Origin: an uncultured Solirubrobacterales bacterium | GTDB lineage: Bacteria; Actinomycetota; Thermoleophilia; Solirubrobacterales; 70-9 | Direction: 5' to 3' | DNA: 64,000 nt | Assembly (NCBI GenBank): GCA_963795665.1 | Contig: CAWCIP010000016.1 | Span: 15,930-79,929 of the forward strand | Part shown: positions 35,923 to 46,090 of the stretch, in pieces | How positions within the stretch are numbered: position 1 is the stretch's first letter | How the letters are laid out: the number at the start of each line of letters is the position of its first letter | Translations under genes and position numbers: made by a program | Notes under the pieces: generated by a model | What the model saw: only the letters and a program-made list of their open reading frames with translations | The model's database searches: none | What the model was told of the DNA's origin: nothing

Positions 35923-37986
35923 ATGGCAGCGACGGCCGAGCAGCAGACCGACATCGACGAGCTCTGCATCAACACCATCCGCACGCTGTCGATGGACGCC
36001 ATTCAGAAGGCGAATTCGGGTCACCCAGGCACCCCGATGGCATTGGCGCCCCTCGCCTACACGCTGTGGCAGCGCTACCTCCGCTTCGACCCCGAGGACC
36101 CCATCTGGCCGAATCGCGACCGGTTCGTGCTCTCGGCCGGCCACGCCTCGATGCTGCTCTACTCGCTGCTCTTCCTCGCCGGGGTGAAGGCGGTCGATCC
36201 CGACTACGAGGTCGTCGGCGAGCCGTCCGTCAGCCTCGACGACATCAAGCGCTTCCGCCAGCTCGACTCGAGGTGCCCCGGCCACCCGGAGTACCGGTGG
36301 ACGTCGGGCGTCGAGACCACCACCGGCCCGCTCGGCCAGGGGATCGCCACCAGCGTCGGGATGGCGGTCGCTTCCGTCTGGCAGGCCGCCCGCTTCAACC
36401 GCTCGGACGCCGAGCTCTTCGACTTCGACGTCTACGCGATCGCAGGCGACGGCTGCCTGATGGAGGGCGTCTCGAACGAGGCGGCGTCATTTGCCGGCCA
36501 TCAGAAGCTCTCCAACCTCTGCTGGGTCTACGACAACAACCACATCACGATCGACGGGCACACATCGATCACCTACGAGGACGACGTCCAGGCTCGCTTC
36601 GAGGGCTACCAGTGGAACGTCACCCGGGTCGAGGACGCCAACGACCTCACGGAGATCGCGCGGGGCTTCGACAACTTCCAGGCGGAGGAGGCGCGGCCGA
36701 CCCTGATCATCGTGGACTCGCACATCGGCTACGGCGCGCCGAACAAGCAGGACACGGCCGAGGCGCACGGCGAGCCCCTTGGCGACGAGGAGGTCCGCGA
36801 GACCAAGCGCTTCTACGGCTGGCCCGAGGACGCCGAGTTCCTCGTCCCCGACGGCGTGCAGGAGCACTTCGCAGAGGTGATGGGAAAGCGGGGGGCGGAG
36901 CTGCGCTCGAAGTGGCAGGAGACCTTCGAGAGCTACCGGGCGGACAACCCCGAGGACGGGGCGCATCTCGAGGCGATGCAGCGCCGCGAGCTGCCGGAGG
37001 GCTGGGACGCCGACCTCCCGAGCTTCGAGCCCGACGAGAAGGGCCTGGCGACGAGGAAGGCCTCGAACAAGGTCGAGAACGCGGTGGCCGCGAAGGTCCC
37101 CTGGCTGCTGGCCGGAGCCGCCGACCTGACCGGCTCCAACTCGGTCGCCCTCGAGGACACCGAGGACTTCGAGCCGAACACTCGCGAGGGGCGCCAGCTC
37201 CACTTCGGAATCCGCGAGCACGAGTCGGCCGCCATCTCCAACGGCATGTCTCTCTCGAAGCTCCGCCCGCTCTGGTCGACTTATCTGACCTTCTCGGACT
37301 ACGCCCGGCCCGCGATCCGCCTCTCGGCGCTGATGGAGCTGCCGGTGATCCACCTCTTCACCCACGACTCGATCGGCCTCGGGGAGGATGGCCCGACACA
37401 CCAGCCGGTCGAGCAGCTCGCCTCGCTGCGGGCGATCCCCGGCCTGGACGTGATCCGGCCGGCGGACGCCAACGAGGTCACCGAAGCCTGGCGCGCCGCG
37501 ATGGATCGCCACCACCAGCCGGTGGCGCTGGTCCTCACCCGCCAGGACGTGCCGATCATCGACCGCTCGCGATACGCCTCGGCGGACGGGCTCCGCCGCG
37601 GCGGCTACGTGCTCGCCGACCCGGACGGGGGTGAGCCCGAGGTGATCCTGATCGCCACCGGCAGCGAGGTGGCTCTGGCGCTGGGCGCCCACGAGAAGCT
37701 GATCTCGGACGGGGTCCGCTCCCGGGTCGTCAGCCTGCCCTGCTGGGAGCTGTTCGAGCGGCAGGACCAGGCCTATCGCGACGAGGTCCTGCCGCCGGCG
37801 GTCACGGCGCGGGTTTCGATCGAGGAGGCCTCTACCCTCGGTTGGGACCGGTTTGTCGGCCCGGAAGGGGCCAGGATCGGAATGCACACCTTCGGCTCGT
37901 CCGCGCCGCTGAAGGACGTGCAGACCAAGTTCGGCTTTACCCCAGACAAAGTGGCCGAGACGGCCAAGGAGGTACTCGGACGATGA
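35923..37986 (+). CDS. tkt: transketolase
   Basis: 687 aa. NSGHPGTPM, GDGCLMEG, THDSIGLGEDGPTHQP. Confidence 0.95.
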   Translation: MAATAEQQTDIDELCINTIRTLSMDAIQKANSGHPGTPMALAPLAYTLWQRYLRFDPEDPIWPNRDRFVLSAGHASMLLYSLLFLAGVKAVDPDYEVVGEPSVSLDDIKRFRQLDSRCPGHPEYRWTSGVETTTGPLGQGIATSVGMAVASVWQAARFNRSDAELFDFDVYAIAGDGCLMEGVSNEAASFAGHQKLSNLCWVYDNNHITIDGHTSITYEDDVQARFEGYQWNVTRVEDANDLTEIARGFDNFQAEEARPTLIIVDSHIGYGAPNKQDTAEAHGEPLGDEEVRETKRFYGWPEDAEFLVPDGVQEHFAEVMGKRGAELRSKWQETFESYRADNPEDGAHLEAMQRRELPEGWDADLPSFEPDEKGLATRKASNKVENAVAAKVPWLLAGAADLTGSNSVALEDTEDFEPNTREGRQLHFGIREHESAAISNGMSLSKLRPLWSTYLTFSDYARPAIRLSALMELPVIHLFTHDSIGLGEDGPTHQPVEQLASLRAIPGLDVIRPADANEVTEAWRAAMDRHHQPVALVLTRQDVPIIDRSRYASADGLRRGGYVLADPDGGEPEVILIATGSEVALALGAHEKLISDGVRSRVVSLPCWELFERQDQAYRDEVLPPAVTARVSIEEASTLGWDRFVGPEGARIGMHTFGSSAPLKDVQTKFGFTPDKVAETAKEVLGR

Positions 37987-39059
37987 AGCCCACGCAGGAG
38001 CTGCACGACCTGGGCCAGAGCCTGTGGCTCGACAACATCACCCGCACGATGCTCGACGACGGGACCGAGCAGGGCTACATCGACGACCTGAACGTCACGG
38101 GTCAGACCTCGAACCCGACGATCTTCGACAAGGCGATCAGCGGCGGCGACGCCTACGACGAGCAGATCACCGAGCTGCGCGAGAAGGGCATGGAGCCCGA
38201 GGACATCTTCTTCGAGCTGGCGCTCGCCGACGTCACGCGCGCGGCGAAGATGTTCGAGCCGATTCACAAGGAGACCGATCGCATGGACGGCTGGGTCTCG
38301 CTCGAGGTCTCTCCGAAGCTCGCCTACGACACTCAGGCGACGATCCAGCAGGCCGCCGACCTCCACGGTCGGGCCGAGAAGAACAACTTCATCAAGATCC
38401 CGGGTACGCCCGAGGGCCTGCCCGCGATCGAGGAGTCGATCTACGCGGGCGTGCCGATCAACGTCACGCTGCTGATGTCGACCGACCAGACGATGGCGGC
38501 CGCCGACGCCTACATGAAGGGGATCGAGCGTCGAATCGAGTCGGGCCTCGACGCGGACGTGCCGTCGGTGCTCTCACTCTTCATCAGCCGCTGGGACGTC
38601 GCCGTTCACGATGACGTGCCCGACGAGATGAAGAACACGCTGGGGGTCGCCGTCGGCAAGGCCACCTATGCGGCCTGGCGGGAGATGCTCGAATCCGATC
38701 GCTGGAAGGGCCTTGGTGATCAGGGCGCGCGCCTGCAGAGGCTGCTCTTCGCCAGTACCGGGACGAAGGACCCCGAGGCTTCGGACACCCTCTATATCGA
38801 GGCGTTCGCGGCGCCGGACACGATCAACACCATGCCTGACAAGACCCTGAAGGCCTTCGCCGACCACGGCAAGGTGGGGGACACGCTGCCGGCCGACGGC
38901 GGCGACTGCGAGCAGGTCTTCCAGGCGCATCGGGACCAGGGAATCGACACCGACGCGCTGGGGCTCAAGCTCCAGAAGGACGGCGCGGAAGCGTTCGTCA
39001 AGTCCTGGACCGAGCTGCTCGAGACGATCAAGTCGGAATCGGAGCGCCTGGCCGCCTAG
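37983..39059 (+). CDS. tal: transaldolase (long actinobacterial type)
   Basis: ATGA overlap with tkt. GQSLWLDNITR, VTGQTSNPTIF, NFIKIPGT. Confidence 0.93.
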   Translation: MKPTQELHDLGQSLWLDNITRTMLDDGTEQGYIDDLNVTGQTSNPTIFDKAISGGDAYDEQITELREKGMEPEDIFFELALADVTRAAKMFEPIHKETDRMDGWVSLEVSPKLAYDTQATIQQAADLHGRAEKNNFIKIPGTPEGLPAIEESIYAGVPINVTLLMSTDQTMAAADAYMKGIERRIESGLDADVPSVLSLFISRWDVAVHDDVPDEMKNTLGVAVGKATYAAWREMLESDRWKGLGDQGARLQRLLFASTGTKDPEASDTLYIEAFAAPDTINTMPDKTLKAFADHGKVGDTLPADGGDCEQVFQAHRDQGIDTDALGLKLQKDGAEAFVKSWTELLETIKSESERLAA

Positions 39060-39065
39060 GTTGGC

Positions 39066-40724
39066 GTGGGCCTCCCGGTTAGGCTGCCGGGCGTGAGCGC
39101 GGAACCGCAGCTCAGGGAGGGAGCGGCCTGGAAGGCTCTCACCGAGCACCACGCCGAGATCGGCGAGCGGCACCTGAGGGACTTCTTCGCCGAGGACCCC
39201 GACCGCGGCGAGCGCCTGACGGCGGAAGGGGCCGGGCTCTTCCTCGACTACTCGAAGAACCGGATCACCGACGAGACGCTCCGGCTGCTCAGCGAGCTGG
39301 CGGACGAGTCGGGCGTCGCCGAGCGGCGCGACGCGATGTTCCGGGGCGAGCACATCAACGTCTCCGAGGACCGGGCGGTGCTCCACGTCGCCCTGCGGAT
39401 GCCGAAGGATCGCTCGCTGGTGGTCGACGGCCAGGACGTCGTCAAGCAGGTCCACGAGGTGCTCGACCGGATGTCCGCATTCGCCGAGCGGATCCGCTCT
39501 GGCGACTGGAAGGGGCACACCGGCAAGCCGATCCGCAACGTGATCAACATCGGCATCGGCGGCTCGGACCTCGGGCCGGTGATGGCCTACGAGGCGCTGC
39601 GGCACTACTCGCGGCGCGAGATGACCTTCCGCTTCGTCTCCAACGTCGACGGGACGGACTTCGCCGAGAAGACCCGGGACCTCGATCCGGAGGAGACCCT
39701 CTTCATCGTCTCCTCGAAGACCTTCACCACGCTGGAGACGATGACCAACGCCCACACCGCGCGCGAGTGGGCGCTGGCGAAGCTCGGCTCGGACGAGGCG
39801 ATCGCCAAGCACTTCGTCGCCGTCTCGACCAACGCCGACGGCGTCGCCGAGTTCGGCATCGACACCGACAACATGTTCGGCTTCTGGGACTGGGTCGGCG
39901 GGCGCTACTCGATGGACTCGGCGATCGGCCTCTCGACGATGCTCGCGATCGGGCCGGAGGCGTTCGGCGAGATGCTGGCCGGCTTCCACGCCGTCGACGA
40001 GCACTTCAAGGAGAACCCGATCGGCCAGAGCCTGCCGTCGATCATGGGCCTGCTGGCCGTCTGGTACGGCGACTTCTTCGGGGCGCAGACGTCCGGAGTA
40101 TTCCCCTACGACCAGTACCTGCACCGCTTCCCGGCCTACCTCCAGCAGCTCACCATGGAGTCGAACGGCAAGCACGTCACCCTCGATGGGGCCCGGGTCG
40201 ACTACGACACCGGCGCGATCTACTGGGGCGAGCCCGGGACCAACGGCCAGCACTCCTTCTACCAGCTGATCCACCAGGGGACGAGGCTGATCCCGGCCGA
40301 CTTCATCGGCTTCATGCACACGCTCAACCCGCTCGGCGATCACCACGACCTGCTGATGTCGAACGTCTTCGCGCAGCCCGAGGCGCTCGCCTTCGGCAAG
40401 ACGCCGGAGCAGGTGAGGGAGGAGGGCACCCCGGAGCCGATCGTCCCCCACCGGGTGATGGAGGGGAACCGGCCCTCCAACGTGATCCTGGCCGAGCGGC
40501 TCACCCCGCACGCGCTCGGCTCACTGGTCGCGCTCTACGAGCACAGCGTCTTCACCCAGGGCGCGATCTGGGGAATCGACTCCTTCGATCAGTGGGGAGT
40601 TGAGCTGGGCAAGGTGCTCGCCGTGAAGATCATTCCCGAGCTCCAGGCCCCCGAGGAGCCCAAGCTCGAGCACGACAGCTCGACCAATTCCCTGATCCGG
40701 CGCTACCGGGAGCACCGTGCCTGA
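39066..40724 (+). CDS. pgi: glucose-6-phosphate isomerase
   Basis: [40 protein letters not shown]. Alternative start GTG 39093. Confidence 0.93.
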   Translation: MGLPVRLPGVSAEPQLREGAAWKALTEHHAEIGERHLRDFFAEDPDRGERLTAEGAGLFLDYSKNRITDETLRLLSELADESGVAERRDAMFRGEHINVSEDRAVLHVALRMPKDRSLVVDGQDVVKQVHEVLDRMSAFAERIRSGDWKGHTGKPIRNVINIGIGGSDLGPVMAYEALRHYSRREMTFRFVSNVDGTDFAEKTRDLDPEETLFIVSSKTFTTLETMTNAHTAREWALAKLGSDEAIAKHFVAVSTNADGVAEFGIDTDNMFGFWDWVGGRYSMDSAIGLSTMLAIGPEAFGEMLAGFHAVDEHFKENPIGQSLPSIMGLLAVWYGDFFGAQTSGVFPYDQYLHRFPAYLQQLTMESNGKHVTLDGARVDYDTGAIYWGEPGTNGQHSFYQLIHQGTRLIPADFIGFMHTLNPLGDHHDLLMSNVFAQPEALAFGKTPEQVREEGTPEPIVPHRVMEGNRPSNVILAERLTPHALGSLVALYEHSVFTQGAIWGIDSFDQWGVELGKVLAVKIIPELQAPEEPKLEHDSSTNSLIRRYREHRA

Positions 40725-41391
40725 CACCCAGGCCGTCCTCTTCGACATCGACGGCACGCTGATCAGCACGGGCGGCGCCAGCGACCGCGCCTGGAAGCGG
40801 GCCTTCAAGGAGCTCCAGGACGTGGACGTCGACGTCCCGGCCGTGACCGGCAAGGGCGTGCCGGACCCCGAGGTGGGGAGGGTCGTCTTCAAGTCCGCTC
40901 TGGGCCGCGAGCCGACCGACGAGGAGGCCGGGGCGCTGATGCGCCGCCGGCTCGATCACCTCACCGAGGAGGTGGAGAGCTCCCCGGGCTTCGAGGTCCA
41001 GGACGGCGTCGTCGAGCTGCTCGAGCAGCTGATCGACGACGGGCTGCTGCTCGGCCTGACCACCGGCAACGTCGAGGAGGCTGCTCACATCAAGCTCCAG
41101 CGAGCCAACCTGAACCGCTTCTTCTCCTTCGGCGGCTATGGATCCGACTCGCCCGACCGCACCGAACTGACCAGGAAGGCGCTGGAGCGGGCGGAGCTGG
41201 TCTCCGGCGACAGCCTCGACCCGGACCGCTGCTTCTCCTGCGGCGACACCCCTCGCGACGTCGAGGCGGGCCACGGCGCCGGCATCAGGGTCATCGGAGT
41301 GGCGACCGGGGAGTTCACGGTCGACCAGCTGAAGGAGGCCGGGGCGGACGCGGCGATCACCTCGTTCCGCGAGGGCCTGCCGCTGCTCTAG
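40717..41391 (+). CDS. HAD family hydrolase
   Basis: LFDIDGTL motif I and C-terminal [10 protein letters not shown]. Confidence 0.8.
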   Translation: MPDTQAVLFDIDGTLISTGGASDRAWKRAFKELQDVDVDVPAVTGKGVPDPEVGRVVFKSALGREPTDEEAGALMRRRLDHLTEEVESSPGFEVQDGVVELLEQLIDDGLLLGLTTGNVEEAAHIKLQRANLNRFFSFGGYGSDSPDRTELTRKALERAELVSGDSLDPDRCFSCGDTPRDVEAGHGAGIRVIGVATGEFTVDQLKEAGADAAITSFREGLPLL

Positions 41392-41393
41392 CC

Positions 41394-41696
41394 CTACGTC
41401 TTGACGTAGTGGTGCAGCAGCTGCAGCTCGACGCGCTCCGAGGGGCTCGCCAGGAGCGGGGCCACCTTGTCATTGAAGTCGGCGAACTGCGGATCGCTGT
41501 TGACGGCGTCCGCGGCGTCGCGGTCGGAGAAGACGCCGATGCCCCGCACGACGCCGTCGGCCTCGTCGCCGACGACCAGCACGCTCTCGAGCGCCGGATG
41601 GTTGCTGAGGAAGTCCGCGGCGAAGGCGGAGTAGATGTCCGCCACGTCCTGGAAGTGGCCGGGCTTGGCGTGCAGGGTGAACTCGGCGATGTGCAT
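41394..41696 (-). CDS. ABM (Dabb)-like small monooxygenase-fold protein
   Basis: 100 aa. The pattern is compatible with the ferredoxin-like ABM fold. Weak call. Confidence 0.5.
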   Translation of the reverse strand: MHIAEFTLHAKPGHFQDVADIYSAFAADFLSNHPALESVLVVGDEADGVVRGIGVFSDRDAADAVNSDPQFADFNDKVAPLLASPSERVELQLLHHYVKT

Positions 41697-41733
41697 CTCT
41701 GTCCTTTCGGTGGAGTGAGGCGGCCGCGGGAAC

Positions 41734-42378
41734 CTAGTCGACCAGACGGCGGCTGACCGCCCAGCGGCTGAGCTCGTGGCGGTTGGAGAGCTGGAGCTTG
41801 CGGAGCACCGAGCTGACGTGCGCCTCGACGGTCTTCACCGAGATGCTGAGCCGCAGGGCGATCTCCTTGTAGAGATAGCCGCGGGCGATCTGGCGGAGCA
41901 CCTCGCGCTCGCGGGCGGTGAGCTGGTCGAGCTCGGGGTCGACCTCCTCAGCGGGCAGGTCGCCGGCGAACGCGTCCAGCACGAAGCCCGCGAGCCGAGG
42001 CGAGAAGACCGCGTCGCCGTCGCGGACGCGGCGCACGGCGTCGGTGAGCTCCTCGCCGGTGATCGTCTTGGTGACATAGCCGCGCGCGCCGGCGCGAACG
42101 ATGGCGATCACGTCCTGCGGGTCGTCGGAGACCGAGAGGGCGAGGAAACGCTGATGCGGCCTCTGCTTGGCCACCTGCTCGATCACCTCGACGCCGCCGC
42201 CGCCGGGCATGTGCACGTCGAGCAGGACGACGTCGGGCTCCAGCTTCGCGATCGCGCGCACCGCGTCCTCCACCGACTCGGCCTCGCCGAGCAGCTCGAC
42301 CCCCTCTCCGAGCTCGGCCTTGACGCCCGCCCGGAAGATTGCGTGGTCGTCGACGATCACGACGGAGGGAGTGCTCAT
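41734..42378 (-). CDS. LuxR/NarL-family response regulator
   Basis: ATG 42378 (ATGA overlap with the kinase gene). VVIVDDH...DVVLLDVHMPG receiver. C-terminal LTAREREVLRQIARGYLYKEIA HTH. Confidence 0.9.
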   Translation of the reverse strand: MSTPSVVIVDDHAIFRAGVKAELGEGVELLGEAESVEDAVRAIAKLEPDVVLLDVHMPGGGGVEVIEQVAKQRPHQRFLALSVSDDPQDVIAIVRAGARGYVTKTITGEELTDAVRRVRDGDAVFSPRLAGFVLDAFAGDLPAEEVDPELDQLTAREREVLRQIARGYLYKEIALRLSISVKTVEAHVSSVLRKLQLSNRHELSRWAVSRRLVD

Positions 42379-43376
42379 CGGCGCACCCTCATCGTCAGCT
42401 CGACCTCGGTGCCGTCGCCCGGGTCGCTGCGGATCTCCGCGGTCCCGCCGTATCTCTCCATGCGCCCGATTATCGACTCGCGGACGCCGCGGCGATCGGC
42501 GGGGATGGATTCCGGGTCGAAGCCCGGCCCACGGTCGTCGATGAAGACATGCGCGCCGCCCTTCTCGATCTCGGCATAGAGGCGCACCGGGCCGCCCTCC
42601 GAGGCGAACTTGACGGAGTTGGTCAGCGCCTCCCGGCTCGCCGCCACGAGCGCCTCGAGCCGCTCGTTGAGCTCCGCATCGCCGACGACCACCGCCTCGA
42701 TCGGAGCGCCGTGCGAGTCCTCGATGTCGGCGGCGGCTGCCCGGAGCGCGTCGGCGAGGCGCTCGTCCGGCCTGCTCGGCTCGGTGTCGGAGAGCCACTC
42801 ACGCAGCTCCCTCTCCTGGCGGCGGGCGAGCCTCCCGACCTGCTCGGGGTCGTCAGAGCGCGTCTGGATCAGTGCGAGAGTCTGGAGGACGGAGTCGTGG
42901 AGGTGGGCGGCCACGTCCGCGCGCTCATCCGCGCGGGCGCGCGCCACCCGCTCGGCTCCCAGGCGGTTGAACGTCGCCCGCCAGAACGGCGCAGAGATCA
43001 GGGTCAGGGCAACCGCGACGACGAGGGCGGCGAGGGCCACCCGGCCCGCGAACTCGATCACGCCCGTCAGCCAGAGGACGATCAGGCCGATGCCGAGGAG
43101 CCCGCCCACGGCGAGGCCCAGCTTCGAGGCCCGGCTCGTCTCGGGGCTCAGGGCGGGGCCGATCGCCAGCGTGTCCCGCGCGCCGGTGTCGGCCGCCGGC
43201 GCCGGCGGCCGCCCCATCGCCCTTGCGATCAGGGCCACGAGCACGCAGCCGCCGAGAAGCGCAAACGACGCGCCGGCGCCGAGATCGAGGGTGCCCTTCG
43301 AGTGGAGGAACAGGAACACGCCGAGGACCAGGACGGCCGTCCCGGTCCCCAGCGTGCTCAGGTCTGGTCTTCTCAC
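42375..43376 (-). CDS. sensor histidine kinase (HisKA_3 type, PspC-associated)
   Basis: N-terminal TM helices. H-box VAAHLHDSVLQTL. ATPase region NSVKFA...DDRGPGFD. Confidence 0.85.
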   Translation of the reverse strand: MRRPDLSTLGTGTAVLVLGVFLFLHSKGTLDLGAGASFALLGGCVLVALIARAMGRPPAPAADTGARDTLAIGPALSPETSRASKLGLAVGGLLGIGLIVLWLTGVIEFAGRVALAALVVAVALTLISAPFWRATFNRLGAERVARARADERADVAAHLHDSVLQTLALIQTRSDDPEQVGRLARRQERELREWLSDTEPSRPDERLADALRAAAADIEDSHGAPIEAVVVGDAELNERLEALVAASREALTNSVKFASEGGPVRLYAEIEKGGAHVFIDDRGPGFDPESIPADRRGVRESIIGRMERYGGTAEIRSDPGDGTEVELTMRVRR

Positions 43377-44353
43377 CTACCGCATACCGTCCTCTGCGAC
43401 TTCAGCATCTGCTGGTGGTGGTCGTAGTCGACGCCGCGGCCGTTCTGCGCCTGGTCGGGAGGCTGGTCGGTGACGAGCATCTGCCCGAGCTGGATGTCGG
43501 CGCTGAGGTCGAGACGCGGAGCATCGGTGGTGGGAGTCCCAAGCGCGACGTCGGGATCGATCCCGTGACTGACCTCGCCGGCCACAACCAGCTCGCCCGC
43601 CTTGCCGGTCGCGTGACCGACGACGCAGACGTTCTTCGGCACCGAGACGATCATCTGGCCGATGCCGAGGTGGGACGAGGTCGTGATGGTCTTGCCCTTC
43701 TGCCAGGGCAGTTCCCTGAGATCGACCACCAGCTGTCCGGTGCCCAGCTTGTAACCGTCGGCCGGCAGGTCCGCCGCCGTGTTCGGCGTGTAGGTCCGCT
43801 GGCCGATCGATCCGTCGATGTCGATGTCGGCGGCCGCGATCGCTCCCGCGGGAATGCCGAGCACGAGCGCCGTGGTGAGCAGCAGCGGGGTGCTGCGCCG
43901 GCGCCATTCCGGCGCGAACGCGAACGCCACCAGCGCAATGCCCAGCGCGATCACCACGGCCGCGACGATCCCGCCGTGTCCGGTCGCGGTCGTCCAGGCG
44001 CTGACGGCGGCCAGCAACGCGGCGACCGCGAGCCCGATCGAGACCAGCAGGCAGACGACGAACACCTTGCCGAGCCGCGCCCAGACACTCTCGGGCACGG
44101 GGTTGCCTGTTCCGTCGTCCTCCGGGAGCGCGACGGCCAGCACCAGATAGGCCAGGATCCCGGCGCCACCGAAGAGCGTGGTGACGACGAACGCGATCCT
44201 GACCAGGGTGGCGTTGAAGCCGATGTGCTCGGCGAGACCGCCGGCGACGCCCCAGAGCACCCGATTGTCCTTCGAGCGCAGCAGGGCGCGGCGCGGGCCG
44301 ACCGTCTGCTCCTCTTGCTTCTTCTTCCTTGGGTTCTTCGGTTGGTTTGCCAT
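43373..44353 (-). CDS. PspC domain membrane protein
   Basis: LLRSKDNRVLWGVAGGLAEHIGFNATLVRIAFVV PspC motif. Several TM helices plus a C-terminal beta-rich domain. 4-nt overlap with the kinase gene. Confidence 0.85.
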   Translation of the reverse strand: MANQPKNPRKKKQEEQTVGPRRALLRSKDNRVLWGVAGGLAEHIGFNATLVRIAFVVTTLFGGAGILAYLVLAVALPEDDGTGNPVPESVWARLGKVFVVCLLVSIGLAVAALLAAVSAWTTATGHGGIVAAVVIALGIALVAFAFAPEWRRRSTPLLLTTALVLGIPAGAIAAADIDIDGSIGQRTYTPNTAADLPADGYKLGTGQLVVDLRELPWQKGKTITTSSHLGIGQMIVSVPKNVCVVGHATGKAGELVVAGEVSHGIDPDVALGTPTTDAPRLDLSADIQLGQMLVTDQPPDQAQNGRGVDYDHHQQMLKSQRTVCGR

Positions 44354-44438
44354 GACGTTGACGATGAAGCCCGCGGCCCCGATCGTCTATCGGGAATGGC
44401 CCCTAAGAGTCCCCTAACTGTCCCTGTAGCCTCGGATC

Positions 44439-44600
44439 ATGGGCTCCAGACGCATCGTCCCAAGCCATTTCCGCGCCGACGGCAAGCCGAAGACAGCGTA
44501 CGAGAGCGAGTCGGTGGCCCGCCAGGAGGCGGCGCGCCTGGGGATGACCTATTACCGCTGCGACTTCTGCAACCGCTTTCACCTCGCGAGCAAGCCCTAG
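44439..44600 (+). CDS. possible 53-aa small protein with a C-terminal CxxC knuckle
   Basis: Below the ORF-track size cutoff. Reads MGSRRIVPSHFRADGKPKTAYESESVARQEAARLGMTYYRCDFCNRFHLASKP. A hairpin (about 44618-44646) follows it. Confidence 0.4.
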   Translation: MGSRRIVPSHFRADGKPKTAYESESVARQEAARLGMTYYRCDFCNRFHLASKP

Positions 44601-44692
44601 GCATCCGTCTAATTCACCCGGAAGAGGTGACGCGTACCTCTCCGGCGGCGGGCATGATCACGGCCTCCCGTACGATCTGCTGACCGACCGCC

Positions 44693-46090
44693 GTGCCCGC
44701 CGACAAGCAAGCCGACGTATTCGTTGCCTTCGGGATCTCCGGTGATCTCGCCAAGGTGATGACGTTCAACTCGCTCTACCGCCTCGAGGCCCGGGGTCTG
44801 CTCGACTGCCCGATCGTGGGCGTCGCCTTCGACGACTGGTCGGTGGACGACCTTCGCAAGCACGCCCGCAAGGCGATCGAGACCTCATCCGGGCGCAAGC
44901 CCGATCCGAAGATCTTCAACCGGCTGGCCAAGCGGTTCTCCTACGTCCAGGGCGACTTCTCCGACGACAAGACCTACGAGCGGGTCGGAAAGGCGATCAA
45001 GGGCGCCAAGACCCCCGTCTTCTATCTGGAGATCCCGCCGTCCCTGTTCGGGATGACGATCGGCGGTCTCTCGAAGGCTGGGTTGACGGAGAACGCTCGG
45101 GTGGTGGTCGAGAAGCCCTTCGGCCATGACCTCCAGTCGGCCCGTGATCTCGCCGCCCAGATCCACCAGTACATCCGCGAGGACCAGCTCTACCGGATCG
45201 ATCACTTCCTCGGCCTGATGGGGCTCGCGGAGATCCTCTTCCTCCGCTTCGCCAACGCGATCTTCGAGCCCGTGTGGAACCGCAACAGCATCGACTGCGT
45301 GCAGATCACGATGGCCGAGGACTTCGGCGTCTCGGATCGCGGCAGCTTCTACGACCCGGTCGGCGCCGTGCGCGACGTCGTGGTCAACCACCTGATGCAG
45401 ATCGTGGCGGCCTGCGCGATGGAGCAGCCGGCCGGCCGGGACGCACGATCGCTGAAGGACGCCATGTTCGCCGTCTTCTCGGCGATGCCGAAGGCCGATC
45501 CGAAGCAGTACGTGCGTGGGCAGTACGAGGGCTATCGGAAGATCAAGGGGGTTGCCAAGGGCTCGAGCACCGAGACGTTCGCGGCGATGCGCCTCGAGAT
45601 CGATAACTGGCGCTGGAGCGGGGTGCCGTTCTTCATCCGGACAGGGAAGGAGCTCCCGGTCGAGCAGTGGGAGCTCAGGCTGATCTTCAAGGAACCGCCG
45701 CGCCTCGGGTACGCGATGCGGGGCAGACAGATGCCGCCGTCGGACGAGCTGGTGATAAGGCTCCACCCCACAACCGGCGTCCGGCTGCTCGTCGACGCCC
45801 AGCGCAGCGACTCCGCAGATCCAGAGCAGATCAACCTCGACATGGAGTTCGCGGAGCAGGGCGGAGAGGGGCCGACGCCCTACGAGGTGCTTCTGCACGC
45901 CGCGATGCTCGGCAACAGCACCCGCTTCACCCGCCAGGACAACATCGAGGAGACCTGGAGGATCTGCGGGCCGCTGATCGAGAAGCCGCCCAGGATCCAG
46001 CCGTACAAGCGAGGCTCGTGGGGGCCGAAGTCCGCCGACCGGCTGGTCAAGGAGTTCGGCGGCTGGCGCGACCCCTGGACCGGCTCGTGA
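44693..46090 (+). CDS. glucose-6-phosphate-dehydrogenase-family paralog with altered signature residues
   Basis: GISGDLAKV, EKPFGHD and RIDHFLG are present. However, GVAFDDW replaces GxARxxx, and GLMGLAE replaces GKE. Confidence 0.85.
   Translation: MPADKQADVFVAFGISGDLAKVMTFNSLYRLEARGLLDCPIVGVAFDDWSVDDLRKHARKAIETSSGRKPDPKIFNRLAKRFSYVQGDFSDDKTYERVGKAIKGAKTPVFYLEIPPSLFGMTIGGLSKAGLTENARVVVEKPFGHDLQSARDLAAQIHQYIREDQLYRIDHFLGLMGLAEILFLRFANAIFEPVWNRNSIDCVQITMAEDFGVSDRGSFYDPVGAVRDVVVNHLMQIVAACAMEQPAGRDARSLKDAMFAVFSAMPKADPKQYVRGQYEGYRKIKGVAKGSSTETFAAMRLEIDNWRWSGVPFFIRTGKELPVEQWELRLIFKEPPRLGYAMRGRQMPPSDELVIRLHPTTGVRLLVDAQRSDSADPEQINLDMEFAEQGGEGPTPYEVLLHAAMLGNSTRFTRQDNIEETWRICGPLIEKPPRIQPYKRGSWGPKSADRLVKEFGGWRDPWTGS

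Noticed and set aside
38574-40511. 645-aa minus-strand ORF.
   Set aside because: Antisense to tal and pgi. No motifs. High-GC shadow ORF.
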